DNA from: an uncultured Bacteroidales bacterium
GTDB lineage: Bacteria > Bacteroidota > Bacteroidia > Bacteroidales > UBA12077
NCBI GenBank assembly: GCA_964450375.1
Contig: CAYVEW010000003.1
Span: forward strand, 935 to 64,934
DNA: 64,000 bases
Direction: 5' to 3'
Below the pieces are notes generated by a model. It did not search any database, had not been told where the DNA came from, and saw only the letters and a list, made by a program, of their open reading frames with translations. This document shows positions 18,211 through 28,020 of the stretch, in pieces. How positions within the stretch are numbered: the stretch's first letter is position 1; every line of letters starts with the position of its first letter. Made by a program: the position numbers and the translations under genes.

Positions 18211-18280
18211 CTGTTTTTGATATTAATTTAAAAACTAAAATTAAGAAAATATTTGAACTCTTTAATCATCAATTGAATTA

Positions 18281-18312
18281 TTTGTACGAGATGGTAATTA
18301 ATTATATCTTTG
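18281..18312 (+). promoter_or_regulatory. Bacteroidota-type promoter for purQ
   Basis: TTTG (18281-18284), 20-nt spacer, TATCTTTG (18305-18312). Lies ~77 nt upstream of the purQ ATG. Confidence 0.5.
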
Positions 18313-18388
18313 GTGTGTAAAAAGCAATTAGTTGCAAGTTAAAGCTTTGTATTACAGTTTATAACATCAATTTTCAAAATTTTCTCAG

Positions 18389-19081
18389 ATGAAGTTTGGA
18401 GTAGTAGTTTTTCCCGGATCAAATTGCGATCAAGACATGATTTACGTATTGCGTAATATTATGGAACAAGAAGTTGTTGAACTTTGGCACAAAGAAACCG
18501 ATTTACAAGGTGTTGATGCTATTGTTTTGCCTGGTGGTTTTTCTTATGGTGATTATTTGCGTTCTGGCGCGATTGCCCGTTACTCGCCCATTATGGAAAA
18601 AGTAATTGCATTTGCTCATAAAGGCGGGTTTGTATTTGGTGTTTGTAACGGATTCCAGATATTGTGCGAAACAGGCTTATTACCAGGGGCTTTGCTACAC
18701 AACGATAATCAGAAATTTATTTGTAAAAACACATACATCATTCCGGATAATAACACAAGCAGTATTACCGGGCTATTAAACAAAGAGAAAGCATTAAAAA
18801 TACCGATAGCACATGGCGAAGGAAGGTATTATGCAAAAAAAGAAACCTTACAGGATATGCGACAGAATGGACAAATTCTTTTTAGGTATTGTAACGAACA
18901 TGGCGAAATTACATCCGAAGCAAATCCTAACGGATCGGTAGAAAACATTGCCGGTGTTTGCAACGAAAAGAAAAATGTTTTTGGAATGATGCCACATCCA
19001 GAACGTGCCGCCGACGATGAGTTAGGCAACACCGATGGAAGATTGATTTTTGAATCGATGCTTGCATTCATGAGAAAATAA
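18389..19081 (+). CDS. purQ: Phosphoribosylformylglycinamidine synthase, glutaminase subunit
   Basis: 230 aa. FPGSNCDQD, GGFSYGDYLR, GVCNGFQIL (Cys nucleophile), MPHPER. Confidence 0.95.
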   Translation: MKFGVVVFPGSNCDQDMIYVLRNIMEQEVVELWHKETDLQGVDAIVLPGGFSYGDYLRSGAIARYSPIMEKVIAFAHKGGFVFGVCNGFQILCETGLLPGALLHNDNQKFICKNTYIIPDNNTSSITGLLNKEKALKIPIAHGEGRYYAKKETLQDMRQNGQILFRYCNEHGEITSEANPNGSVENIAGVCNEKKNVFGMMPHPERAADDELGNTDGRLIFESMLAFMRK

Positions 19082-19104
19082 CTTTTTAAGATATACGAAT
19101 TTAA

Positions 19105-19137
19105 GGCCCGGCTAAATCAGTCGGGCTTTTTCTTTTT
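19105..19137 (+). terminator. Rho-independent terminator after purQ
   Basis: GGCCCGGC/GTCGGGCT stem (one mismatch) followed by TTTTTCTTTTT. Confidence 0.65.
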
Positions 19138-19220
19138 ATAAAAACATTTTGTTATTTGCATTGTTGAATCTATAAAATTAAATTTGGATAAAACAAGTTG
19201 TTTAACTTAACACTAAACCT

Positions 19221-19838
19221 ATGGATTTAAAGCTAGCAATAGAAAAACGTACCAGTATCAGAAATTTTACTGACGAAAAAGTTCCGGTGAATGATTTAAA
19301 GGAGTTAGTTCGCAGAGCAGGCTTAGCACCCAGTGTAAATAATTATCAGCCATGGAAATTTTATGCAGTTACCAATAAAAAGATTTTATCGGATATGGCC
19401 ATAAAGGTTGCGGATAAAATCAAGGATTTGCCCGCAAATCAATCTATTGCAGCTAAAAATGTGAAATCACAAGTGGAATGGTTTGCTACATTTTTTGAAA
19501 ATGCCCCTGCTGTTATTGCCATGCTGATGGAAGATTATGAATCGGTATTGGAAAAAGGAGTGCAGTTATCTCACGACGAAATCAATAAATTAAGAAATTT
19601 CCCCGATATGCAAAGTGCCGGTGCTGCTATCCAGAATATGCTGTTGTCGGCTGTTGATATGGGATATGGAGCTTGTTGGCTTAGCGCTCCGATGATGGCA
19701 AAAGAAAGCCTCGAGAAAATTTTAAATGTAGAATCGCCATATCATTTAATTGCATTTGTTGCGGTGGGCAAACCGGCCAGAGAGTTAGAGCCAAAATCAA
19801 AAAAACCAATTGACGATATCTTTAAAATCATTGAATAA
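19221..19838 (+). CDS. Nitroreductase-family oxidoreductase
   Basis: 205 aa. KRTSIRNF near the N-terminus, APS..N.QPW, and a C-terminal GYGACWL block typical of the NADH/FMN nitroreductase fold. Confidence 0.85.
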   Translation: MDLKLAIEKRTSIRNFTDEKVPVNDLKELVRRAGLAPSVNNYQPWKFYAVTNKKILSDMAIKVADKIKDLPANQSIAAKNVKSQVEWFATFFENAPAVIAMLMEDYESVLEKGVQLSHDEINKLRNFPDMQSAGAAIQNMLLSAVDMGYGACWLSAPMMAKESLEKILNVESPYHLIAFVAVGKPARELEPKSKKPIDDIFKIIE

Positions 19839-19858
19839 GTTAAATTAAACCATCAATT

Positions 19859-20209
19859 ATGTCATACAAGATTTACCATAATACCAGATGCCGAAAAAGC
19901 CGTGGCGGATTGCAATATCTTGAATCAAAAGGAATAAAGCCCGAAATAATCGAATATCTAAAAGATGATCCATTTACTTTTGATCAGTTAAAAGATATTG
20001 TAAGTAAGATGGGAATAAAAGCACATGAATTAATTCGAACGCAAGAGGCAGAGTACAGACAAAACTACAAAGGTAAAGATCTAAAGGATGATGAATGGAT
20101 TCGGATTATGGTAGAAAATCCAAAATTAATTCGCAGGCCAATTATTATGAAGGGAGATAAAGCTGTTCTTGGTGAAAAGGAGGAGCAAATAGATCAATTA
20201 CTTAAATAA
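19859..20209 (+). CDS. ArsC/Spx/YffB-family thioredoxin-fold protein
   Basis: 116 aa. IYHNTRCRKSR (CxxS), and LIRRPII near the C-terminus. Confidence 0.85.
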   Translation: MSYKIYHNTRCRKSRGGLQYLESKGIKPEIIEYLKDDPFTFDQLKDIVSKMGIKAHELIRTQEAEYRQNYKGKDLKDDEWIRIMVENPKLIRRPIIMKGDKAVLGEKEEQIDQLLK

Positions 20210-20472
20210 ATTCAACATAAATCCTAATAGCAATATTTAAAGTTTTACTACGAAGAAGCTGTATTTCAAAGGGTGTGGTCAAACAGCCTTAAGATATTGT
20301 ACAACATATTGATGCCTTGCTTTAAATTTTGTATCTTTTGAATTCAATTTAAGAGTGAATAAGTAATCATTTTATAATGATGGAATTACTTTTTATATTG
20401 GACATTACAAACCTGCCTGTCGGTTTATCCACTCCAGGAGGACAGACAGGCTAAAACTAAACTATAAATTTT

Positions 20473-22086
20473 ATGGCAACTCCCGAATTTTTTTATCAGG
20501 AACCATTCCCACTTGGGAAGGATGAAACTGAATACTATTTATTAACGAAAGATCATGTTTCCGTAACCGATTTCGAAGGAAAAAAGATTCTTAAGGTAGA
20601 ACCCGAAGGCTTAACAAAACTTGCTAATGCTGCTTTCCGCGACACATCGTTTATGTTGCGAAAAAGCCATCTGGAGCAGGTTGCTTCCATTTTACATGAT
20701 CCGGAAGCCAGTGACAACGATAAGTATGTGGCATTAACCATGCTTCGTAATGCAGAGGTTTCGGTAAAAGGAAAACTTCCGTTTTGTCAGGATACCGGAA
20801 CAGCAACCATTGTTGGAAAAAAAGGACAGCAAGTGTGGACTGGTGGTGGAGACGAAGAAGCTCTTTCATTAGGAGTATATAAAACCTACACCGAAGAAAA
20901 CTTGCGTTATTCGCAAACCATCCCCTTAGATATGTATCAGGAGCAAAACTCAAAAACCAATTTGCCGGCGCAAATTGATATTCATGCTACCGATGGCGAT
21001 GAATATAAATTTCTTTTTGTGGCAAAAGGTGGTGGATCTGCAAACAAAACTGCTCTTTTCCAGCAAACAAAAGCTTTGCTTAATCCTGAAAAACTGGAGA
21101 GCTTTTTAGTTGAAAAACTAAAATCGCTTGGAACAGCAGCTTGTCCACCGTATCATGTAGCTTTTGTAATTGGCGGCACTTCTGCCGAATCGACTTTAAA
21201 AACGGTAAAATTGGCTTCGGCAAAATACTTAGATAACTTACCAACCAAAGGAAATTCCGGTGGCCAGGCGTTTAGAGATGTTGAGCTGGAAAAAAGAATT
21301 CTGGATGCTGCCGGAAAGCTTGGAATTGGAGCACAGTTTGGTGGTAAATATCTTGCTTTGGACATCAGAATAATACGTTTGCCCCGCCATGGAGCTTCGT
21401 GTCCGGTTGGCATGGGAGTTTCCTGTTCAGCTGACCGAAATATCAAGGCAAAGATCAACAAAGACGGAATATGGCTTGAAAAAATGGAGGATAATCCAGC
21501 ACGCTTTATTCCCGATGAATTGCGTAAACCAGATGAAAAGGGTGCCGTAGTTATTGATTTGGATCAACCAATGAAAAATATTTTAGCTGAATTATCGAAA
21601 CATAAAGTAGGTACTCGTTTGTCATTAAACGGAACCATTATTGTTGGGCGCGACATTGCACATGCTAAACTAAAAGAACGCATTGACAGTGGCGAAGGAT
21701 TGCCACAATACATTAAAGATCATCCGATTTATTATGCAGGTCCGGCAAAAACTCCCGAAGGAATGCCTTCAGGTTCGTTTGGGCCAACCACTGCAGGAAG
21801 AATGGATCCGTATGTCGATTTATTCCAAAGCAAAGGCGGTAGTATGGTGATGATCGCCAAAGGAAATCGCAGCCAGGCGGTTACAGATGCTTGTAAAAAG
21901 TATGGTGGTTTTTATCTGGGCAGTATTGGTGGTCCGGCTGCTTTGTTGGCTCAGGAAAATATTACTAAAGTGGAATTACTCGAGTATCCTGAACTGGGAA
22001 TGGAAGCAATTTATAAGATTATCGTGAAAAACTTCCCAGCGTTTATTCTGGTTGATGATAAAGGAAACGATTTTTACAGTATGTAA
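20473..22086 (+). CDS. Fumarate hydratase, class I (Fe-S, single-polypeptide FumA/FumB type)
   Basis: 537 aa. FCQDTGTA, the GGGSANK region and the C-terminal swivel-domain block ([23 protein letters not shown]). A related L-tartrate dehydratase cannot be fully excluded by eye. Confidence 0.92.
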   Translation: MATPEFFYQEPFPLGKDETEYYLLTKDHVSVTDFEGKKILKVEPEGLTKLANAAFRDTSFMLRKSHLEQVASILHDPEASDNDKYVALTMLRNAEVSVKGKLPFCQDTGTATIVGKKGQQVWTGGGDEEALSLGVYKTYTEENLRYSQTIPLDMYQEQNSKTNLPAQIDIHATDGDEYKFLFVAKGGGSANKTALFQQTKALLNPEKLESFLVEKLKSLGTAACPPYHVAFVIGGTSAESTLKTVKLASAKYLDNLPTKGNSGGQAFRDVELEKRILDAAGKLGIGAQFGGKYLALDIRIIRLPRHGASCPVGMGVSCSADRNIKAKINKDGIWLEKMEDNPARFIPDELRKPDEKGAVVIDLDQPMKNILAELSKHKVGTRLSLNGTIIVGRDIAHAKLKERIDSGEGLPQYIKDHPIYYAGPAKTPEGMPSGSFGPTTAGRMDPYVDLFQSKGGSMVMIAKGNRSQAVTDACKKYGGFYLGSIGGPAALLAQENITKVELLEYPELGMEAIYKIIVKNFPAFILVDDKGNDFYSM

Positions 22087-22112
22087 TTAATTGAAAATAA
22101 TTTCGAATAAAG

Positions 22113-22142
22113 GGTGATTGGTGCTATTCAATCACCTTTTTT
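22113..22142 (+). terminator. Rho-independent terminator between the two fumarase genes
   Basis: Perfect 8-bp stem GGTGATTG/CAATCACC, 8-nt loop, T6 run. Confidence 0.7.
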
Positions 22143-22185
22143 ATAAACTAAATTTAAGCAGGCTTGTTATATATAAAAAAATAAA

Positions 22186-23565
22186 ATGTACAGAAAAGAA
22201 TACGATACCCTGGGCGAAGTTTTGGTTCCAAAAGATAAATATTGGGGAGCTCAAACGCAACGATCTATTCAAAATTTTAAGATTGGTAATCAACAAATGC
22301 CAATTGAAATCATTTATGCTTTTGCCTATTTAAAGAAGGCTGCTGCGATAACAAACTATAAACTGGGTGTTTTATCTGAAGAAAAGATGAAAGCAATTGC
22401 TCAGGTTTGTGATGAAATTATAGAAGGTAAATTAAATGATCAGTTTCCTTTGGTTGTGTGGCAAACAGGTTCGGGTACACAAACGAATATGAATCTAAAC
22501 GAAGTGATTTCCAATCGAGCCCATGTTTTAGCAGGAAACAGGTTGGGAGAAGGAGAAAAAGAAATTCATCCGAACGATGATGTGAATAAATCACAGTCAT
22601 CCAACGACACTTTCCCAACAGCAATGCACATAGCTGCAAAAAAAATGATCGTTGAGAAAACAATTCCGGCTATTAAACTCTTACGTGAAGCCTTACAGGA
22701 AAAAGCTGAACTGTGGAAAGAAATAATTAAAACGGGCCGTACCCATATGATGGACGCTACTCCGTTAACATTGGGGCAAGAGTTTTCGGGTTATGTATCC
22801 ATGCTGGATCATGGTTTAAAAGCTTTATATAATACTTTGCCACATTTATCGGAAATTGCACTGGGTGGCACTGCTGTTGGTACAGGATTAAATGCGCCAA
22901 AGGGATACTCAAAACTTGTAGCTTTAACGATTTCTGATTTAACAGGATTACCTTTTGTAACAGCCGAAAATAAATTCGAAGCACTGGCTACTCACGATGC
23001 TCTGGTTGAATCGCACGGGGCACTAAAAACACTGGCAGTTAGTTTAATGAAAATAGCCAATGACATACGCTTGATGGGGTCGGGCCCCAGGTGTGGAATT
23101 GGTGAGCTAAAACTTCCGGCAAACGAACCGGGATCATCAATAATGCCAGGTAAAGTTAATCCAACGCAAACCGAAGCTTTAACAATGGTTTGTGCACAGG
23201 TAATGGGGAATGATGTTACCATTAATATAGCAGGTTCAAATGGCCATTTGGAACTAAATGTGTTTAAGCCGGTTATCATTAAAAACTTTTTAGAATCGGC
23301 GAAACTTCTTGGTGATGCCGTATCTTCTTTTACCGAAAATACAATGAAGGGCTTAGAACCCGATATGGCCAATATCAATTCACATTTAGAAAACTCCTTA
23401 ATGTTGATTACTGCTTTAAATACGCATATAGGCTATGAGAAATCAGCAGAAATAGCTAAAAAAGCTTATTCCGAAAATGTTACTTTAAAGAAAGCGGCTA
23501 TTGATTTGGGTTATGTAACTGGGCAAGAGTTTGATCAATGGGTTGATCCTAAAAAAATGATTTAA
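22186..23565 (+). CDS. fumC: Fumarate hydratase, class II
   Basis: 459 aa. [13 protein letters not shown] signature, [11 protein letters not shown], and the aspartase/fumarase superfamily layout. Confidence 0.95.
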   Translation: MYRKEYDTLGEVLVPKDKYWGAQTQRSIQNFKIGNQQMPIEIIYAFAYLKKAAAITNYKLGVLSEEKMKAIAQVCDEIIEGKLNDQFPLVVWQTGSGTQTNMNLNEVISNRAHVLAGNRLGEGEKEIHPNDDVNKSQSSNDTFPTAMHIAAKKMIVEKTIPAIKLLREALQEKAELWKEIIKTGRTHMMDATPLTLGQEFSGYVSMLDHGLKALYNTLPHLSEIALGGTAVGTGLNAPKGYSKLVALTISDLTGLPFVTAENKFEALATHDALVESHGALKTLAVSLMKIANDIRLMGSGPRCGIGELKLPANEPGSSIMPGKVNPTQTEALTMVCAQVMGNDVTINIAGSNGHLELNVFKPVIIKNFLESAKLLGDAVSSFTENTMKGLEPDMANINSHLENSLMLITALNTHIGYEKSAEIAKKAYSENVTLKKAAIDLGYVTGQEFDQWVDPKKMI

Positions 23566-23592
23566 TCATTTAAACATAAAAGAGAGAATTGT

Positions 23593-23600
23593 TAAGTTTG
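23593..23600 (+). promoter_or_regulatory. -7 promoter box upstream of the Tet(M)-like GTPase gene
   Basis: TAAGTTTG is an exact TAnnTTTG match 22 nt upstream of the ATG. The -33 region is only TTTA, so this is a partial match. Confidence 0.4.
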
Positions 23601-23621
23601 CTGCTTTACAAATAGCAAATA

Positions 23622-25580
23622 ATGCAAGAAAATATACGAAATATTGGTATCCTGGCGCATGTGGATGCCGGGAAAACAACTATAACAGAAAACTTTCTTT
23701 ATTTAAGCGGACAAACAAAAAAGTTGGGCAGTGTGGATGATGGTACAACACAAACCGACTTTCTGGCTGTGGAACGAGAGCGTGGAATTTCTGTTCGATC
23801 ATCCAATACAACATTTGAATACAATGGAGTTAAGATCAATTTAATTGACACTCCGGGCCACGTTGATTTCTCTGCGGATGTGGAGCGTGTTCTGCGGGTT
23901 TTGGATTGTGCTGTGTTAGTAATCTCTGCTGTTGAAGGAGTTCAGGCTCATACCGAAACTTTATGGAGCGCACTGCAAAACCTAAGAATACCTACAATTA
24001 TTTTTATTAATAAAATTGACAGAGCAGGGGCTGATGTTGAGTTGGTAATCAGAGAAGTTAAAAAGGACTTAACAGATAAATTAGCAGTGCTTTATGATGT
24101 AACAAATGAAGCACACAATAATGCAGAGATTATTTCGGTTTGGAGTAATGAAAGGAAAAGTGAACTGGTAGTTGAAGCGATTGCGAATGTTGATGAAACA
24201 ATTCTGGAAAAATATTTAGATGAGCAAGAAATCTCATTTACAGAACTGGATCGATCACTAATTAATGCAGTACATCAATGTAAATTATTTCCGGTTTTAT
24301 TGGGATCTGCAAAAAAAGGTATAGGTGTTAAAGAATTGCTTGATGCTGTAATTAATTATATGCCAGGAGTAAATGCAGATGAATCAAAACCATTGTCGGC
24401 TTTGGTTTATGGAATTACCCACGATAAAACCATGGGGCAGGTGGCTCATGTTAAGGTTTATAATGGATCAATCAAAAATAGGGAGTTGGTAAGGAATGCA
24501 ACACAGGAAATGGAAGAGAAAGTTGTACAGGTTCGAAAATTAATATCCAATAATTTTGAAGATATTGGAGAAGTTAAGGCTGGAGATATTGCTGGGATTT
24601 GTGGTTTGCAGAATGTAAAAGTAGGTGATGTTTTGGGTGAGTTCTCTGAAAATCTTTCTGATGATATTTCTTTGAGAACTCCTTTGCTTACAGTGCAGGT
24701 AAAGCCTGATAATGAGAAAGATTATGCTGCTTTAGCCGAAGCTTTGCAAGAGCTTGCAAAAGAAGATCCAACATTAGATTTTGAGTGGCTTCGGGAAGAT
24801 AAAGAAATGCATATTAAGATTATGGGCTGGATTCAGATTGAAGTTTTAGAGAAGGTCTTAGAAAACCGATTTGGAATCAACGCTAAGTTTGATGATCCAA
24901 CCGTAATTTATAAAGAAACACCAAGCAAAAAAGGAGAAGGATTTGTTCGCTATTGGATGCCTAAACCTTGTTGGGCAATAATGAAATTTTTAATTGAACC
25001 TGGTGAAAGGGGGAGTGGTGTTGTATATCAATCAAAAATTAGTGTTGATGATGTGCATCAGAAATATCAAAACGAAGTGGAACGAACAATCCCAAATGCA
25101 TTAAAGCAAGGAATAAAGGGCTGGGAAGTAACTGATATAAAAATTACTTTAATTGAAGGTGAAGATCATCAGGTACATTCAAATCCGGGCGATTTTATTG
25201 TGGCAACACCCATGGGTATTATGGATGGTTTGGTTAATACCGGAACAACTTTACTGGAACCACTAATATCATTTAAGATTTCAGCCACGGAAGATTTGCT
25301 GGGAGCCATAACAAGTGATATAACCCAGATGCGCGGAAGATTCGACAGTCCTGTGATGGAGAATGGCAAATTTATATTGAGTGGAATTTTACCCGTAGCT
25401 ACTTCCCTGGATTTTCCTGTGCGCTTAAGTTCGCGTTCTGGTGGAAAAGCAAAAATATCTACAAACTTTTATGGTTATCAGGAATGTTCCGATGAAGTAG
25501 GACAAACAAGAGAATATAAAGGAATTAGCCCTTTGGATACTTCCAAATGGATTTTAAAAGCACGAAAAGCATTGCAATAG
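23622..25580 (+). CDS. Translational GTPase of the tetracycline ribosomal-protection family (Tet(M)/Tet(O)/Tet(Q)-like EF-G paralog)
   Basis: 652 aa. NIGILAHVDAGKTTITENFLY, LIDTPGHVDFSADVERVLRVLDCAVLVISAVEGVQAHT and IIFINKIDRAGAD are colinear with Tet(M)/Tet(Q) as I recall them. The length matches ribosomal protection proteins (~640-660 aa) rather than EF-G (~700 aa). Confidence 0.8.
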   Translation: MQENIRNIGILAHVDAGKTTITENFLYLSGQTKKLGSVDDGTTQTDFLAVERERGISVRSSNTTFEYNGVKINLIDTPGHVDFSADVERVLRVLDCAVLVISAVEGVQAHTETLWSALQNLRIPTIIFINKIDRAGADVELVIREVKKDLTDKLAVLYDVTNEAHNNAEIISVWSNERKSELVVEAIANVDETILEKYLDEQEISFTELDRSLINAVHQCKLFPVLLGSAKKGIGVKELLDAVINYMPGVNADESKPLSALVYGITHDKTMGQVAHVKVYNGSIKNRELVRNATQEMEEKVVQVRKLISNNFEDIGEVKAGDIAGICGLQNVKVGDVLGEFSENLSDDISLRTPLLTVQVKPDNEKDYAALAEALQELAKEDPTLDFEWLREDKEMHIKIMGWIQIEVLEKVLENRFGINAKFDDPTVIYKETPSKKGEGFVRYWMPKPCWAIMKFLIEPGERGSGVVYQSKISVDDVHQKYQNEVERTIPNALKQGIKGWEVTDIKITLIEGEDHQVHSNPGDFIVATPMGIMDGLVNTGTTLLEPLISFKISATEDLLGAITSDITQMRGRFDSPVMENGKFILSGILPVATSLDFPVRLSSRSGGKAKISTNFYGYQECSDEVGQTREYKGISPLDTSKWILKARKALQ

Positions 25581-25601
25581 TTAGTTAAGGATTATAAAAA
25601 A

Positions 25602-25621
25602 AGCGCCCTTTTCAGGACGCT
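25602..25621. terminator. Shared hairpin terminator between convergent genes (better on the minus strand, for sppA)
   Basis: Stem AGCGCCC/GGACGCT (one mismatch), 6-nt loop. The A6 run upstream becomes a T-tract for the minus-strand transcript. Confidence 0.5.
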
Positions 25622-25643
25622 TCGAAAAATCGTTAATAGGGCA

Positions 25644-27410
25644 CTAATAAATTTCAATTTCGTAAGGAATTCGTGCCTGAACACCTTGTTGATTACTTAT
25701 AATCTTTAAGTTTTCATAATATTTATACTGATCTCCCAGTTCGTTTTTAAGAATTGAAACACGAACATTTCCTTGTAATTGTTTCATAAATTGTTCAAAC
25801 GGATCCTGTAATTTTGGATAATCAACGGTTCTGTATGCATCCAGGTTAGCAGCTTCAGCCGCTAACTGAATAGCATCATCCAATCCGCCAAAACCATCAA
25901 TTAATCCTATTTCAATTGCATTGGCACCACTCCAAACTCGTCCCTGGCCAATTTCATCAACTTCTTCTTTGGTCATGTTTCTGCCTTCGGCAACATGTGT
26001 AATAAATGTATTATAAATATCTTCAATACTAAACTGAATGGCTTCTCTTTCTTGTGCTGTAAGTGCACGGGTAAATGTTCCCATATCAGCAAATTTGTTT
26101 GTTTTAACAACATCCACATGAATACCAAGTTTGTCGTTCAATAATTTCTCACCATTCGGTAGCATTCCAAATACACCGATAGAACCGGTAATGGTATTCG
26201 GACTTGCAATAATTTTCTGTGCCGGAGCCACAATATAGTAACCTCCCGAAGCGGCTACATCGCCAAGGGATGCAATAACCGGTTTAATTTCTTGTGCCAG
26301 TTTAATTTCGCGCCAGATAACTTCAGAAGCTAAAGCACTTCCTCCTCCAGAGTTTACTCTGAAAACAATGGCTTTAACCGATGAATCTTTGCGAGCTTCG
26401 CGTATTGCTCGCGAAATACGATCCGATCCAATGGTGCCTTCTTGTCCTTCTCCCATCATTACAGTACCACTGGCGTATACAACTGCAATTTTATCTTTTT
26501 CCAGCTTTTTGCGATTTACATCCGGCACTTTTGTATATTTTGAAATGGAAACAGTTTCCAGTTTCTTAGAGTCTTTCTTTTCAGTAAGTTCTGCCAACTC
26601 ATCTAAAATTTCATCTTTATATTTTAAGGCATCGACTAACTCATTATCAACAGCAGCTTTTGCATTATTTAGTGTTAAATTGTCGGCCAAAGCATTTAGA
26701 TCTTTTACGCTGATGTTACGTTCGGCAGATATTCCTTTTAACATCTGATCCCAGATGGATCCCATGTAGGTCATTACCTGCAATCTGTTTTCTTCGCTCA
26801 TTTTGGTATACATAAAGGGCTCAACGGCACTTTTAAATTTTCCGTGGCGAATAATCTGTGGTTCTATTCCAAGCTTTGCAAGAGCTTCTTTAAAAAACAT
26901 AATTTCAGAACGTAATCCTACAAATGTTAACAGTCCTTCCGGATTTAAATAGATCTTATCAGCAACACTGGCAAGATAATACGATGGTTGTGTGTAGGTA
27001 TCGGCATAAGCGAGAATAAATTTTTCAGATTCTTTAAAATCAATTAAAGCATTTCTGATCTCTTCAATGGTTGCAATTCCGGTTGGAATAATTGTTAGGT
27101 CAAGATAAATTCCTTTGATGTTAGGATCTTCTTTTGCTTTTTTCAGATTTTTAAGAATATCATTTAAGCCCAGTGTGTTAACTGGTTCCAAACTAGCAAA
27201 ATCAATATTCTCAAATGGATTATTGCTGCTTCGGTCCATAATCGGACTGTTCAGCTCTATGTGTAGAATAGTATTGGGTTTCACTTCAACCGCTTTGTCC
27301 TGCGATGAAACCATGGCTGTAATTCCGCCAATCATAATAAAAAACATTAAAATTCCGGCAATTAATACACCCAGTACTGAAGCCAGCAAATACTTAAAAA
27401 AACTTTTCAT
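25644..27410 (-). CDS. sppA: Signal peptide peptidase SppA, 67K type
   Basis: 588 aa with an N-terminal TM segment and duplicated ClpP/crotonase-like S49 domains (SGGGSALASE, GDVAASGGYY). Confidence 0.9.
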   Translation of the reverse strand: MKSFFKYLLASVLGVLIAGILMFFIMIGGITAMVSSQDKAVEVKPNTILHIELNSPIMDRSSNNPFENIDFASLEPVNTLGLNDILKNLKKAKEDPNIKGIYLDLTIIPTGIATIEEIRNALIDFKESEKFILAYADTYTQPSYYLASVADKIYLNPEGLLTFVGLRSEIMFFKEALAKLGIEPQIIRHGKFKSAVEPFMYTKMSEENRLQVMTYMGSIWDQMLKGISAERNISVKDLNALADNLTLNNAKAAVDNELVDALKYKDEILDELAELTEKKDSKKLETVSISKYTKVPDVNRKKLEKDKIAVVYASGTVMMGEGQEGTIGSDRISRAIREARKDSSVKAIVFRVNSGGGSALASEVIWREIKLAQEIKPVIASLGDVAASGGYYIVAPAQKIIASPNTITGSIGVFGMLPNGEKLLNDKLGIHVDVVKTNKFADMGTFTRALTAQEREAIQFSIEDIYNTFITHVAEGRNMTKEEVDEIGQGRVWSGANAIEIGLIDGFGGLDDAIQLAAEAANLDAYRTVDYPKLQDPFEQFMKQLQGNVRVSILKNELGDQYKYYENLKIISNQQGVQARIPYEIEIY

Positions 27411-27537
27411 AATTTATTTGTTTTGGGTTTTGTTTTATTGATTATTGATAAAAATATATTTTTAATCTTACTATAACAACAAATTAGTTGTTGCTTGTTT
27501 CAATTTATTACAATTATTTTGTAAAAAAGTTTTAGAA

Positions 27538-28020
27538 ATGAATCAGGTATATTTATTGATCGGTGGAAATCTGGGAGATCGCTTTGAGTTATTGAAAAGT
27601 GCCGGAAAAGGAATTGAGAAACAAATAGGGGATATTGTTAAAGAATCGTCGATATACGAAACGACAGCGTGGGGGTTTGAATCGGAAAATGATTTTTTAA
27701 ACCAGGTGCTTCTTGTTAAAACAGATTTAAAACCCAAACAGATTCTGGAACAATGCCAGTTAATCGAAAAGCTTTTGGGTCGTGTTCGGCAGTCGGGACA
27801 TTATGCTTCCCGAACTATGGATATTGATATTTTATTTTACAATGATGAGATAATAAATGAACCGGATTTAACGATACCGCATCCACATTTGCATAAAAGA
27901 AGATTTACACTGGAACCGCTAAACGAGATTTCTCCGGAATTTATTCATCCAAGATTTAAACAAACAGTCAGACAATTATTATCTGACTGTAATGATGATT
28001 CTACTTTAAATATTTTATAG
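27538..28020 (+). CDS. folK: 2-amino-4-hydroxy-6-hydroxymethyldihydropteridine diphosphokinase
   Basis: 160 aa. LIGGNLGDR, RTMDIDILFY, IPHPHLHKRRFTLEPL. Confidence 0.92.
   Translation: MNQVYLLIGGNLGDRFELLKSAGKGIEKQIGDIVKESSIYETTAWGFESENDFLNQVLLVKTDLKPKQILEQCQLIEKLLGRVRQSGHYASRTMDIDILFYNDEIINEPDLTIPHPHLHKRRFTLEPLNEISPEFIHPRFKQTVRQLLSDCNDDSTLNIL

Noticed and set aside
20436-20441. A perfect AGGAGG in the loop/3' arm of the fumarase leader hairpin, considered as a sequestered Shine-Dalgarno site.
   Set aside because: It lies 31 nt from the ATG, which is too far, and other genes in the window lack SD sequences, as is typical of Bacteroidota.
22118-22333. 71-aa ORF overlapping the inter-fumarase terminator and the start of fumC.
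   Set aside because: It spans a terminator hairpin and is out of frame with a strongly supported fumC. No motifs.
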